A program made the translations under genes and the position numbers. From Candidatus Eiseniibacteriota bacterium (GTDB lineage: Bacteria > Eisenbacteria > RBG-16-71-46): a DNA stretch of 64,000 nucleotides. Shown here piece by piece: positions 30,201 through 40,473 of the stretch. The number at the start of each line of letters is the position of its first letter. Position 1 is the stretch's first letter. The stretch lies in the NCBI GenBank assembly GCA_031364845.1, contig JANLWX010000231.1:32001-96000 (forward strand), given 5' to 3'. Below the pieces are notes generated by a model. That model saw only the letters and a list, made by a program, of their open reading frames with translations. It was not told the DNA's origin and ran no database searches.

Positions 30201-30733
30201 GCCGCCGCCGGCTTGCGAGTGGAAGCGGCAGGTCCGATCCAGCGCAGCCACAATGCAAACGTGGCGAACAACACCAGCACGGTTCCCGTCTGCCACAGAT
30301 ACACGTGCGCAAAGTCGAACCATGCAGGGCGCCAGATCAGGATCTGGATCAATGCAATGATCCGCACGGTGTTGAATAGATGGATGACGATTGCGCCGAA
30401 CAGGAGGCCGAGCGCTCGCTGGCGCCATCCCGATGGGAACGCGAGCACCACCGCCGCGAAGATCAGGTAGGGAATGTGCGGGCTGCAGTCGCTCACGATG
30501 CTGACCCCCTGCCCGCCCGCGTAGATCGAATCGCCGACGCGCCGGACTTCCTGCCGCGTCAGCCGGAATGCCTGCTCGACCGTCCCCACCGTGATCGCGA
30601 TGCCGAATCGCTCGACGCCGGGAAAACGGCTGAGCACGAGCAGCGCCACTCCCCAGTAAGCCACACACAGGGCGAGGAAGCGCAGCACCGGACTCTTGGA
30701 GTTCGTGGGAAGCGGCTTGGGCTTGCGGCTCAT
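30197..30733 (-). CDS. Exosortase (XrtH/archaeosortase-like)
   Basis: VSIVSDC(S), AVVLAFP..W..R..G, NTVRI, FDFAHVYLWQ: Cys/Arg/His triad in the short exosortase H layout. Confidence 0.85.
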   Translation of the reverse strand: MSRKPKPLPTNSKSPVLRFLALCVAYWGVALLVLSRFPGVERFGIAITVGTVEQAFRLTRQEVRRVGDSIYAGGQGVSIVSDCSPHIPYLIFAAVVLAFPSGWRQRALGLLFGAIVIHLFNTVRIIALIQILIWRPAWFDFAHVYLWQTGTVLVLFATFALWLRWIGPAASTRKPAAA

Positions 30734-30910
30734 GATCGATGGTAGGGTGAAGGGTGTGTTGCGAGGCTGTCGCGAACTGCACGCGTCGCCATGGATGTCA
30801 CGATGTGTCGCGAGGCCGCCGGCGGCCGAGCGTCATTCGGCGCGAGGTTACGCCCGCCAGCCACGCGCGCCAAACTCGAAGCGCGCGAATTCCATGATCC
30901 GGGAGCTGTG

Positions 30911-32509
30911 ATGCCGCCACGACCCGCCTCTCCATCGACGCGCACCGTCACGTTGTTGATCGCCGCCGGCTTTGCGATCCGGCTGTGGGTCGCGATGCGC
31001 GCCGGAATCATCGAACACGACGGCGCCTACTACGCCGGACTGGCCGCGGCGCTACTGCGTGGGGATACCGCACACGCGTGGAGCACGGTGTGGCCTCCGC
31101 TCTATCCGGTTCTGGTCGCGATCGCTGCATGGCCGTTCGCCTCCGCGCAGTCGCTGACTCCCGAGCGTCTCGAGATTGCGGCACGGCTGGTCTCGGTCGT
31201 CGCGGGAACCATTGCACTCGCGCTGCTGCATCGCTGGGCGCATCGCAAGGCCGGTGAGCGCGCCGCACTCGTGACGCTCGGCGTCGCCGCGTTCCACCCG
31301 CGGCTCGTTCAATACTCGGCGAGCGCGTTGACCGAGATGACGTTCATCGCGCTGCTGCTCGCCGGCCTCACACTCATCGCGTCGGGTGACGATGAGGAGG
31401 GTCAACGTCCGCCGGGTGCCGGCACCGATCTCGCCGCGGGTGCCGCGTTCGGTCTCGCTTCGCTCGCCCGTCCCGAAGGCATCGTGCTCGCCGCGGCGGT
31501 GGCGATGGCACTCGCGCTGCGCGGAGTGCGCGCCGCGCGGCCGCGGCTGAGGCTCGCGTTTCTGCTCGGCGTCATGGTGACCGTGTTGCCGTGGGCCGCA
31601 TATCTCAACGCTCAACTGGGCCACGTGTCACTCGGCGAGAAGGGAGCGTACAATTTCTGGCGCGAGTTCAAGCTGGAGTATCGCGCGCACTTTGGTGATC
31701 CGCCGGGTCTCTCCGAGCGCGTGTTCGAGAGCCCGGAACTCGCCGCCTCGATCCCCCCCGCGCCAGTGAACGTCGGGGGATTCGTGCGTGCGGAGCCGGG
31801 GCTCGTGATGTCGCGATCGATCGGGCGGCTGTGGCGCATCGTCTCGCAATCAATGCCGCAGGCGTGTTATCCGGTGTGGTTCGCGTTCGCGATCCTCGGC
31901 ATTCCGCTGCTGACCCGGCGCGAGTGGTGGCCGGCCGCGGCGATGCTGGCGGCACTTCCGCTCCTCTACGCTCCGTTCTCGTCGGACCGGCGTTTCATGG
32001 TGCCGGCCGTCCCGCTGCTGCTCGCCCTCCTACCCGCCGGGATCGAACGCGTGGCCGCGTGGTTCGCACCCGTGGCCCGCCGCGGGCTGGTTGCGGGAGC
32101 GCTCGCATTGGCCCTCGCGTTCGCGGGACTCGTCTACACGATGGTCCATCCGCTCATGGACGAAGCCCCCGAACATCGCGAAGCCGGTCGATGGCTGCGG
32201 GCCGCCTGGCCCGGGCTCGCGACCGAGGCCACCGCGCGGCCGGTCGTCATGTCGCGCAAGACGTGGGTCGCCTTCTACGCCGGCGGGATCATCGCGGAGC
32301 TGCCGGAAGGCGGCATCGATTCGGTGCTGAGCCGCGCGCGCCGCAAGCGCGCCGACGTGCTGGTGGTCGACGAACGCTGGGCGGCGCCGAATCGTCCGGA
32401 ACTCGCACCGCTGCTCGATCCCGCGCGCGCGCCCGCATCGTTGCGCGTGTTGCACATCATCACGTCTCCGCGGCGGCTGGTGCTCTACGACCTGCGCGGG
32501 GCGCGCTGA
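30911..32509 (+). CDS. ArnT/PMT-like (GT-C, GT39) membrane glycosyltransferase
   Basis: N-terminal 'HDGAYY', 'WPPLYP', 'LTEMTF', 'LARPEG'; many TMs; C-terminal periplasmic domain. Confidence 0.75.
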   Translation: MPPRPASPSTRTVTLLIAAGFAIRLWVAMRAGIIEHDGAYYAGLAAALLRGDTAHAWSTVWPPLYPVLVAIAAWPFASAQSLTPERLEIAARLVSVVAGTIALALLHRWAHRKAGERAALVTLGVAAFHPRLVQYSASALTEMTFIALLLAGLTLIASGDDEEGQRPPGAGTDLAAGAAFGLASLARPEGIVLAAAVAMALALRGVRAARPRLRLAFLLGVMVTVLPWAAYLNAQLGHVSLGEKGAYNFWREFKLEYRAHFGDPPGLSERVFESPELAASIPPAPVNVGGFVRAEPGLVMSRSIGRLWRIVSQSMPQACYPVWFAFAILGIPLLTRREWWPAAAMLAALPLLYAPFSSDRRFMVPAVPLLLALLPAGIERVAAWFAPVARRGLVAGALALALAFAGLVYTMVHPLMDEAPEHREAGRWLRAAWPGLATEATARPVVMSRKTWVAFYAGGIIAELPEGGIDSVLSRARRKRADVLVVDERWAAPNRPELAPLLDPARAPASLRVLHIITSPRRLVLYDLRGAR

Positions 32510-32521
32510 TCTCCACCCCGG

Positions 32522-33328
32522 CTACTCGATCCGGATGTGCTTGCGGTCGATCACCGCTTTCGGAATCCGGGGCGCCATCTTCTCCAACGCATCGACGACG
32601 ATCTGCGAAACGGCGGCGTTGCGATACCAGTTGCGGTTCGCCGGAATCACGAACCACGGTGCCGCCTCGGTGCTGCAACGGCGCAAAGCCTGCTCGTAGG
32701 CCGCCTGGTAGTCGTCCCACCGGGCGCGCTCCTCGAGATCGCGGGGCGAGTACTTCCAGCCCTTGCGCGGATCCTCGATGCGCTCGATGAAGCGCTGCTT
32801 CTGTTCGTCTTTGCTGATGTGGAGGAAGAACTTGAGAATCGTGGTGCCGTTGTCGGACAGGTGGCGCTCGAAGGCATTGATCTGGTCGTAACGCGCGGAC
32901 CACACGTTCTCCGGAACGAGCTGGTGTACGCGGACCACGAGCACATCTTCATAGTGCGAACGGTTGAAGATGCCGACTTCGCCCTTGCCGGGGACCGCCT
33001 TCCAGATGCGCCACAGGAAGTCATGGTCCGCCTCCTCGCTCGAAGGCACCTTGAACGAAGTCACGCGGCATCCTTGCGGATTGAACGCCGCGGCGAGGCT
33101 GCGGATGGTTCCGTCCTTGCCCCCGGCGTCCATCGCCTGGAGGACGATGAGCAGCGACCGACGATGCTCGGCGTACAGATTGAACTGGAGCTCGTCGATG
33201 CGCTCGAGATTCTTTGCGAGCACTTCGGCGCCTTCCGCCTTGTTGCGAATGCCGGGGGTCGAGTCGGGATCTCTCGATGCGAGCTTGAACTTTCCGAGTG
33301 AGACCGAAAGCTTGCGGGTGAGGTTCAT
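32522..33328 (-). CDS. ppk2: Polyphosphate kinase 2 family (class III) phosphotransferase
   Basis: LQAMDAGGKDG, FKVPS..E..HDFLWR, FNRSHYEDVL, KFFLHISKDEQ. Confidence 0.93.
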   Translation of the reverse strand: MNLTRKLSVSLGKFKLASRDPDSTPGIRNKAEGAEVLAKNLERIDELQFNLYAEHRRSLLIVLQAMDAGGKDGTIRSLAAAFNPQGCRVTSFKVPSSEEADHDFLWRIWKAVPGKGEVGIFNRSHYEDVLVVRVHQLVPENVWSARYDQINAFERHLSDNGTTILKFFLHISKDEQKQRFIERIEDPRKGWKYSPRDLEERARWDDYQAAYEQALRRCSTEAAPWFVIPANRNWYRNAAVSQIVVDALEKMAPRIPKAVIDRKHIRIE

Positions 33329-33568
33329 GGATCCTCGGTTGGTAGAAGTGACGCGTCGCGATCGCCGGGATGACCTCAGGGCGAATCACCTTCGGGGCCG
33401 GTCCGTGGCGGATGAGCAGCAGCGATGCAACCTTTCAGCGGGCTGACAGTATCCTATGAGCATTGCAGGGCTCGAACCCCCGCCGCTGCAGACCGGGATG
33501 CGGCGGGGTTCCATCTTATGATCCATGCCGCAAGGCCGCCGCCCATCGAAACCACCTGAGGTCACGCC

Positions 33569-34717
33569 GTGAAAACTATGGCCAGCAGCAAGTTGCTCGT
33601 CGTTCGCGCGGCCACAGCCCCGCGTCCGGCGCTCCCGGGTGCCGTGCTCACTCTGCTCGTCTTGGGACTGTTCATCGCGGCCGCACTGGTCATCTCTCCG
33701 CCGATCGCACTCAGCGCCGAACAGTACACGGTGCGCGGCTCGGACATCTCGATCTACAACCTCGCCGGCCAGGTCTCGGTGGTTCCCTCCCGCGGTTCCG
33801 AGGTTGTGGTCGAGTTGACGCGCGGCGGCCCCGACGCCGAGCGGCTGGTGGTCGAGAGCGGCTCCAAAGGCGATCGCCAGACGCTGCGCGTCATCTATCC
33901 CGGCAACCGCATCGTCTATCGCAAGCTCGGCGCGGGTTCGAGCACCCACCTTCGTGTGCGCCGCGACGGCACCTTCGGGGACGGCGGCGCCGAGTTGATG
34001 GCGATGGGCGGCCGCGTGACGATCGCCGGGAACGGCCGCGGCACCGAAGCGTTCGCCGATCTGCGCATCCTCGTGCCCAACCGCAAGAACGTTCACGTGT
34101 TCCTCGGCGCCGGCGGCGCCACGGCCAGTGATGTGAAAGCCGACCTGCGACTCGACACCTCGGCGGGTGCGGTCGAGTGCCACGGCACGCGCGGCTCACT
34201 CGATGTCGACACCGGTTCGGGCTCGGTCGAAGTACGGGCCGCGCAGGGCAGCGTCACCATCGACACCGGCTCCGGCAACGTGCTGGCGGAAGACCTGAGC
34301 GGTGGCACGATCAAGATCGACACGGGCTCGGGCTCGGTGGCGGTGAACGGAGCGCAGACCTCCTCGCTCGAGATCGACACCGGATCGGGCAGCGTGATGG
34401 TATCCCATCTCGACTCGCCCGGCGTGATGATCGACACCGGCAGCGGACGTGTGAGCGTTCAGCTCGTGCGCGATCCCGACACGATCAAGATCGACACCGG
34501 ATCAGGTGACGTCATGGTGCGCGTGCCTTCGAGTTGCGGAGCCGAATTCGAATTCCAGACCGGAAGCGGTGGAATCGACATCGATCTGCCCCACTCGCTC
34601 ACGCGGCGTGAGCACGGCTACATGCGCGGCCGGATCGGTGACGGCGGCGGAACGATCAACGTCGACACCGGCTCCGGCAGCATCCACGTGTTGAGCTCGG
34701 GGCGCAGCGGCACATAA
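33569..34717 (+). CDS. DUF4097 family beta-strand repeat protein
   Basis: Signal/TM segment; ~9 repeats of (I/V)DTGSG. Confidence 0.8.
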   Translation: MKTMASSKLLVVRAATAPRPALPGAVLTLLVLGLFIAAALVISPPIALSAEQYTVRGSDISIYNLAGQVSVVPSRGSEVVVELTRGGPDAERLVVESGSKGDRQTLRVIYPGNRIVYRKLGAGSSTHLRVRRDGTFGDGGAELMAMGGRVTIAGNGRGTEAFADLRILVPNRKNVHVFLGAGGATASDVKADLRLDTSAGAVECHGTRGSLDVDTGSGSVEVRAAQGSVTIDTGSGNVLAEDLSGGTIKIDTGSGSVAVNGAQTSSLEIDTGSGSVMVSHLDSPGVMIDTGSGRVSVQLVRDPDTIKIDTGSGDVMVRVPSSCGAEFEFQTGSGGIDIDLPHSLTRREHGYMRGRIGDGGGTINVDTGSGSIHVLSSGRSGT

Positions 34718-34751
34718 CTCCGGGCGGCGCGGTCGGGTAATATCGCGCCGC

Positions 34752-36845
34752 ATGAAACCTTCACGACCCTCACGCCGCCGTGCCGTGGCTCCCGTTTCCG
34801 GGGGCCACGTTCGGTTGCCCGCCGACTCCCGGACCCCGGCGCTGCCGCTCTCCCACCCTGCGATGCTCGCCGCGGCGATCGCGTGCATCGCGAGCATCGT
34901 GCTCTCGGTGTCCTACCAGATCTACGACACCGACCTGTGGCAGCTGCTCGTCGTCGGCAAGGCGATCTGGGCGCGCCACGCCGTGCCCGGCACCGATGAG
35001 TGGACGTGGGTCGGATTCGGCGATCCCCAGGTCACCTCGTCATGGGCCTTTCGCGCGCTGATCTGGCCGCTGTGGTCCGCGCTGGGGATCACGGGCCTGT
35101 TCCTCTACAAATGGTCGGCCACGCTCGCCGCATTCGGATTGATGTGGCTCGCTTCGCGGCGCATGGGTGCCCGGGGTTTCGTGCCGTTCGTCGTGATCGC
35201 GTGGAGCGTGCTCCTGTTCCGCCAGCGCGCCGAAGTCCGCCCGGAAACGCTGAGCGCCGTGCTGCTCGCGCTCGAGATCCTGATCCTCGAGTCGTGGCGC
35301 AACGGAGGACGCGACCGGCGGCCATGGCTGATCGCGATCGCGCTCGTGTGGGCCGACGTCCACATCTCCTGGTGGCTCGGCCTCGCACTGATCGGAATCT
35401 ATGCGCTCGACGATCTGATCGCCGGATCGAAGCGGCACGCTTCCGATCCGGGCGCCGGTGCCCTTTCAACGACGAGGCTGACGCGCCTTCGCACCTTCGC
35501 GCTCTTGGGCGCCGCATGCGCGCTGGTGTCGCTCGTGAATCCGTTCGGAGCGCGCGCATTGATCCAGCCGTTCGAATTCGCGCTGCGCTGGCGGAACGAA
35601 CCGATGTTCCGCAACGTGGTCGAGCTGTTCCCGGTCAACTGGCGCGCGCATCTCACCGACGGACTGCCGTTGATGGTCGGCCTGTGGCCGCTGCTGCTCA
35701 TCCTGCGCTGGCGCCGTCGCGGGCCGGATGTCGCGGGCATCCTCATGTGCGTGGCGTTCACGACGCTCGGCATCCGCTCGCAGCGCTTCCTCGGATTCTA
35801 CGCGCTGGTCGCGGCACCGTTCGTTGCTCGCGATCTTCAGGCAGTGGTCGAATCGTTGCGGTGGCCTGCGGTGTTGCGCGCGTCGTGGGTGCGCAGCGCG
35901 CTCGCATGCACCGCATGCCTGGCGCTGGGGGTGGCCGAGTGGTCGCGCCCGGAGTTGCCGTTGCGCGTGGCGTTCGACCGCACGCTGTTTCCCGCGGCGG
36001 CGGCCGACTTCATGGAACAGAACGGCGTGAGCGGGCGCATGTTCAACCACTTCCACCTCGGCGGCTATCTCGCCTATCGCGCGTGGCCTGCGCGCGACCG
36101 CCTGCCGTTCGTGACGACCCAGCCCGAGAACATCCGTCCCGAGATTCGCGCGCGCTACCCGCGCGTGTTCGTAGACCGTGCGGCGTGGGATGCGCTCGAC
36201 GCCGACTATCACTTCGACATCGCGGTGCTCGATCGCGATCAGGATCCCGGCGACCGGCTGCTCGACTATCTCGACGCGGACACGACGTGGGCGCTGGTGT
36301 TCTCGGACGATGCGGCTCAGTTGCTGGTGCGCCGCCGCGGCGCTCTGGCGACGGTCGCCGAACGATTCGGGTATCGCATCCTGCCGGCCGGAATTCAGCG
36401 GCGCATGCAGATCGTGCCGGCCGCGGCCCAGGACACGGCGTTCCGCGCCGCGGCCAAGTCCGAGCTGGAGCGCATGGCGCGCAGCTCGCCTGAGAACGGC
36501 AGCGTCCATCACATGCTCGGAATCTTTGCGATGATGGACGGACGCAACGACGAGGCGCGCGAACATCTGATGCATGCGCTCCGGAACAAGCCGTTCCTTC
36601 CCAAGGTCCACGAGCTGCTCGGGATCGTGGCGCTCGGGCAGGGTGATACGCGCGCGGCGCTGCGGGAGTTCGAGCGCGAGCGCGCGTTGCACGGCGCGCC
36701 GGCCGGGATCGACACGCGGATCGGTTCGGCGCACGAGGCGTTGGGCGATGTGCGCGCGGCGCGGCGCGCGTATCAGCGCGAACTGCGTGAGCATCCCGAC
36801 AACGCGGAGGCGGCGGCGGCGCTCGGGCGGCTGGGTCCCGGATAG
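34752..36845 (+). CDS. Polytopic membrane protein (putative GT-C glycosyltransferase) with C-terminal TPR
   Basis: DTDLWQLL..G..IW, VRPE, WADVH, FNHFHLGGYL motifs; TPR-like helices at the end. Confidence 0.7.
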   Translation: MKPSRPSRRRAVAPVSGGHVRLPADSRTPALPLSHPAMLAAAIACIASIVLSVSYQIYDTDLWQLLVVGKAIWARHAVPGTDEWTWVGFGDPQVTSSWAFRALIWPLWSALGITGLFLYKWSATLAAFGLMWLASRRMGARGFVPFVVIAWSVLLFRQRAEVRPETLSAVLLALEILILESWRNGGRDRRPWLIAIALVWADVHISWWLGLALIGIYALDDLIAGSKRHASDPGAGALSTTRLTRLRTFALLGAACALVSLVNPFGARALIQPFEFALRWRNEPMFRNVVELFPVNWRAHLTDGLPLMVGLWPLLLILRWRRRGPDVAGILMCVAFTTLGIRSQRFLGFYALVAAPFVARDLQAVVESLRWPAVLRASWVRSALACTACLALGVAEWSRPELPLRVAFDRTLFPAAAADFMEQNGVSGRMFNHFHLGGYLAYRAWPARDRLPFVTTQPENIRPEIRARYPRVFVDRAAWDALDADYHFDIAVLDRDQDPGDRLLDYLDADTTWALVFSDDAAQLLVRRRGALATVAERFGYRILPAGIQRRMQIVPAAAQDTAFRAAAKSELERMARSSPENGSVHHMLGIFAMMDGRNDEAREHLMHALRNKPFLPKVHELLGIVALGQGDTRAALREFERERALHGAPAGIDTRIGSAHEALGDVRAARRAYQRELREHPDNAEAAAALGRLGPG

Positions 36846-36926
36846 CACTTCGGTCACATGACGACGCGCGCCCGAAGTGGACCTACGATCACGCGGTCGA
36901 CAGCCACGTCACCGTGACGGCGGACC

Positions 36927-37385
36927 TCAGAAGTCGAACGCGATTCCCGTTCCGCGGAAGCGATTGCGCACCATCGTCATCGGTCCGAGATAGAGGCACT
37001 GCTCGTCGCCCCACAACTGAAGTCCGAGCGGGCGGAAGTCGATCAGTGGAATGGACGCAACGTCTTCGGCGGTGGCGCGGCATTTGAGAACGGTCGTATC
37101 GCCGACGCTCACGATCACTTCGCGAGTGGTGTCGAGCACGGCGACTTGAACGCCCGGGATCCGCGGCACGTTAGCCTCGACGATGAACCGCGCTTGCTGG
37201 CCGAGACCGGAAGGGTCACCGCCGGCCCCAGCGGGCGCGGCAATCCACAACCCCGGAACTTCGCCTCGTTCCACGATCAGCACCGGCTCACCGGATCGAG
37301 TGAGCGGCAGCGCCGCTCCCTCGATCACGTTCGAGCACACGTCGAGCGTTCCGTAGGGCATTCCTGCGCGGCGCATCGTCGTCAT
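36927..37385 (-). CDS. Hypothetical protein
   Basis: 152-aa ORF with protein-like composition directly downstream of the 37429 gene. Confidence 0.5.
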   Translation of the reverse strand: MTTMRRAGMPYGTLDVCSNVIEGAALPLTRSGEPVLIVERGEVPGLWIAAPAGAGGDPSGLGQQARFIVEANVPRIPGVQVAVLDTTREVIVSVGDTTVLKCRATAEDVASIPLIDFRPLGLQLWGDEQCLYLGPMTMVRNRFRGTGIAFDF

Positions 37386-37428
37386 GCGGACCGTTCGCGA
37401 TGCGATGCCGCAGGTGGTTCGCGTCTCA

Positions 37429-40251
37429 TCATCGGACCACCACCATGCGACGGGTGAGCGATACGCCGCCCGTGCTCAAACGGTAGAGGTAGACGCCGCT
37501 CATGACGCGCTGGCCGGCCGCGTCACGTCCGTCCCATGTGATGCCATGACGCCCTTCGGCGCGCGGTCCGCGTTCCAGCTCACGCACCAGGCGGCCCTGC
37601 AGGTCGAAGATGCGCAGCGTCACGTCCGCCGCGCGGGGCAGCGTGAACGAAACCGTGGCGGGCGTGCGTGTCGGATTGGGGCGCACCGGAGCGAGCGACA
37701 CCGAACCCGCATCGATCTCACCCACCGCGAGCGGACCGGAGATCGTGAAGTCGGCGTTGCTCACGTCGGATCCCGCGTTGAACGCATGGTCGTGGGCGAT
37801 GACCTGCACGCGGCAGGTGGAAACCATCGGACCCGCGACGGTCCACGAATAGCTCCCGCTGTTGGGAACTCCCGCAGCGATCACCGTGGGATACGTCGCT
37901 CCGCTGTCGGTCGACAGCAGGATCGACACCGAATCGATCGGGCTCGTATCGGTCGCACTCCAGGTGATGTTGCGCGTGGATCCGAGCGGCCACGCCTCAC
38001 CCCCGTCCGGCGCGTTGACCGCGACCACTGGCGGTGCCGCGTCGACGAACGCGCGCCACATGCTGCGACCGTGCGTGGCGGCGACCAGCCACGAGTTCAG
38101 GTTGTCGATCGCGAGATCGTAGACCGCGTTGGAGGGCATCGACGCTCCCGCCAACTCCCAATGAGCGCCCCCGTCACGCGAGGAGTAAACCCCGAAGTCG
38201 GTTCCCAGATAGAGCCGCTCAGGGATGGTGCGCCAGTCAACGGCAAGAGACAGTCCGCGCAGGAAGCCCGGAAGGTCGCCGGTCGCGTTGGTCCACGTGA
38301 CGCCGGCGTCGCCGGTCGTCCACACGCGTCCGCCCGACTGCCCATCAAGGCTCACGTAGGCGCGATCGCTGAAGGCCGGGCCCACCACGATGTCCGTCAC
38401 CGCCAGCGCCGGCAGCCCGCTGTTGCGGAGGTTCCACGTCGCTCCCCCGTTGACCGTGACCTGGATGGCGCCATCGCTCCCACCCGCGTAGATCGTTCCG
38501 GGATTCGGCCCTCCCGGAGAAACCGTCAGCGCGCGCAGCACGCCGCTCGGCGTGACCGCGAGATCCGGACTGATCAGGCTCCAGCTGTCGCCGCGATTGA
38601 GGCTTTCGTAGACCCGATAGGTTCCCGCGAGCAGGCGGTTCGGCGTCGCGGGATCGGAGATGAGCGGGCTGTTGCACCAGTCGGCGCGATCGTTGGTGCC
38701 CTGCCAGGGTCCCGAGACGTTGGCGTTGAACCCCGCGCCGAGCCAGCGATACAGGTTCGTCAGGCGGATGTACGTGGTGTAGTAGTAGCTGGGATCGCTC
38801 GATTCGTAGGCGACCGGTCCGCCGTCACCGGCGATCACTTCCGGCCACGCCAATCCCCCGCTGTACTGCACCGTTCCATTGTCCTGGGTTCCCCCGAGGA
38901 TCGCGTCCGGATTCGTAGGGTGGATTCCCAACGTGTAGAACTGAGCGATGCCGAGCGTGCTGTTGCAGTTGATCCAGTGCGCGCCGAGATCGGTGCTCTT
39001 CCATACTCCGCCGTCGTTCGCAACCCACAGCGTGCCGTCCGGCCCGAACGTGCCGTAGTGTTGATCCGGATGGAGCGTGCTGCCATCGATTCCGGCGGTG
39101 ATGTCGGTCCACGAGGTGCCGCCGTCGATCGTCTTGACCACGCCCTGAGTGCCGCCTCCGTACGGATAGACGCCGCCTGCGATACAGATATTGGCGTCGG
39201 TCGGCGATACGACGACGAAGTGGTCGTACCAGCCCTGGCCGCCCAGATAGTTGGGAGCAGCGGTCTGCTTGGTCCAGTTGGTTCCGCCGTTGATCGATTT
39301 GTAGAGCCCCTGCAGCGATCCCGAATTCGTCGCCACGCTCGCATAGAGGATCGAGTTGTTGGTCGGCGCGATCGCGACCTGAACCCGGCCGACGACGCCG
39401 GTCGGCAGTCCGCCCGCGAGCTTTGCGAACGTCAAGCCGCTGTTGATCGATCGCCATACGCCGCTTCCGTTGCGCGCGACGAACACGCGCGTGGGGTCCG
39501 CGGTGCTGATCGCGATGTCGTCACAAGACAGGCCCGCGAGCGTCGTGGTCCACGTGACGCCGCGGTCCGTGCTGCGGACCACGCCCGAGCTGCTCGTGAC
39601 GAACACCATGTTGGAATCCGCCGGGTTCACCGCGACGCGCGAGATGTAGGAACCTACAACTCCCGCCGAGGCGATCTTGGACCACGTCGCACCGGCATCG
39701 AGGCTCCGGAACAAACCGTCCCCATAGAAGCTGTCTCCGGAGTAGTGCAGCTCGCCGGTTCCGTAGTAGACGACGTTCGGATTCTGCGGATCGAGCGAGA
39801 CGCAACCCGAAGCGAGCGAGGACAGATGATCGGTGAGCGGTGTGAACCCGAGACCGCCATCGGACGTTTTCCACACGCCGCCCTGCGCGGCGGCGATGTA
39901 GGCGACGTTGCCGTCGCGCGGATCGACGGCAATCGACGACACGCGTCCGGACACACTCGCGTAGTTCGCCCAGTAGTCGCCGAGGATGGGATAGGGTCCG
40001 AGGAATCCCCACGTCAGAGGTCCCATATCGAAGCCGAGATCGGGATCGACGGCACCCAGCGCCTGAATCTCGAGACGGCCTGCCGCCCGCCGGTACATCT
40101 CTTCGAGCGTGATGCGTTCGGGACCGGTTTCGCGCTCGCGATCGCCTTCAGCGGTGCGACCGAGCGGCTCGGCGTGAACGGGCAGCGTGAAGAGCAGCAT
40201 GGCGAGGGCGAACCCCGACCAGCAATGCGATGCGAGCGGCCTGCGGGACAT
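37429..40251 (-). CDS. Secreted BNR/Asp-box beta-propeller (VPS10/GH74-like) protein with Ig domain and C-terminal FlgD-Ig domain
   Basis: Signal peptide; many S.DGG.TW Asp-boxes; 'HPDQH', 'GGTQDNG'; C-terminus 'PNP..IFDLQGRLVR..WDGRD..G..SGVYLYRL'. Confidence 0.85.
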   Translation of the reverse strand: MSRRPLASHCWSGFALAMLLFTLPVHAEPLGRTAEGDRERETGPERITLEEMYRRAAGRLEIQALGAVDPDLGFDMGPLTWGFLGPYPILGDYWANYASVSGRVSSIAVDPRDGNVAYIAAAQGGVWKTSDGGLGFTPLTDHLSSLASGCVSLDPQNPNVVYYGTGELHYSGDSFYGDGLFRSLDAGATWSKIASAGVVGSYISRVAVNPADSNMVFVTSSSGVVRSTDRGVTWTTTLAGLSCDDIAISTADPTRVFVARNGSGVWRSINSGLTFAKLAGGLPTGVVGRVQVAIAPTNNSILYASVATNSGSLQGLYKSINGGTNWTKQTAAPNYLGGQGWYDHFVVVSPTDANICIAGGVYPYGGGTQGVVKTIDGGTSWTDITAGIDGSTLHPDQHYGTFGPDGTLWVANDGGVWKSTDLGAHWINCNSTLGIAQFYTLGIHPTNPDAILGGTQDNGTVQYSGGLAWPEVIAGDGGPVAYESSDPSYYYTTYIRLTNLYRWLGAGFNANVSGPWQGTNDRADWCNSPLISDPATPNRLLAGTYRVYESLNRGDSWSLISPDLAVTPSGVLRALTVSPGGPNPGTIYAGGSDGAIQVTVNGGATWNLRNSGLPALAVTDIVVGPAFSDRAYVSLDGQSGGRVWTTGDAGVTWTNATGDLPGFLRGLSLAVDWRTIPERLYLGTDFGVYSSRDGGAHWELAGASMPSNAVYDLAIDNLNSWLVAATHGRSMWRAFVDAAPPVVAVNAPDGGEAWPLGSTRNITWSATDTSPIDSVSILLSTDSGATYPTVIAAGVPNSGSYSWTVAGPMVSTCRVQVIAHDHAFNAGSDVSNADFTISGPLAVGEIDAGSVSLAPVRPNPTRTPATVSFTLPRAADVTLRIFDLQGRLVRELERGPRAEGRHGITWDGRDAAGQRVMSGVYLYRLSTGGVSLTRRMVVVR

Positions 40252-40473
40252 CGATTCCTCCGGCAGAGTGGGAAGCATTGCGCCCCATCATGGTAGCCGG
40301 GGGTTCCCGGACGTGTCCGCGCGTGGGCTGAAGAATCAGGTGCGCCGCGATTTTACTTCATTCGCGGGCCGCGGGTGGAACCCAAATCGCGCCCCGGCGG
40401 CTGGCCGATCGTTCGCCATCGGGAGTACATTCCGGGCGTTGCTCCCCCGCCGGATTCCTTTCGAGGAGGCACC

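Noticed and set aside
34200..34680. Repeated (AT)CGACACCGG units
   Set aside because: They encode the DTGSG repeats of a DUF4097 protein; not a CRISPR or other DNA-level repeat
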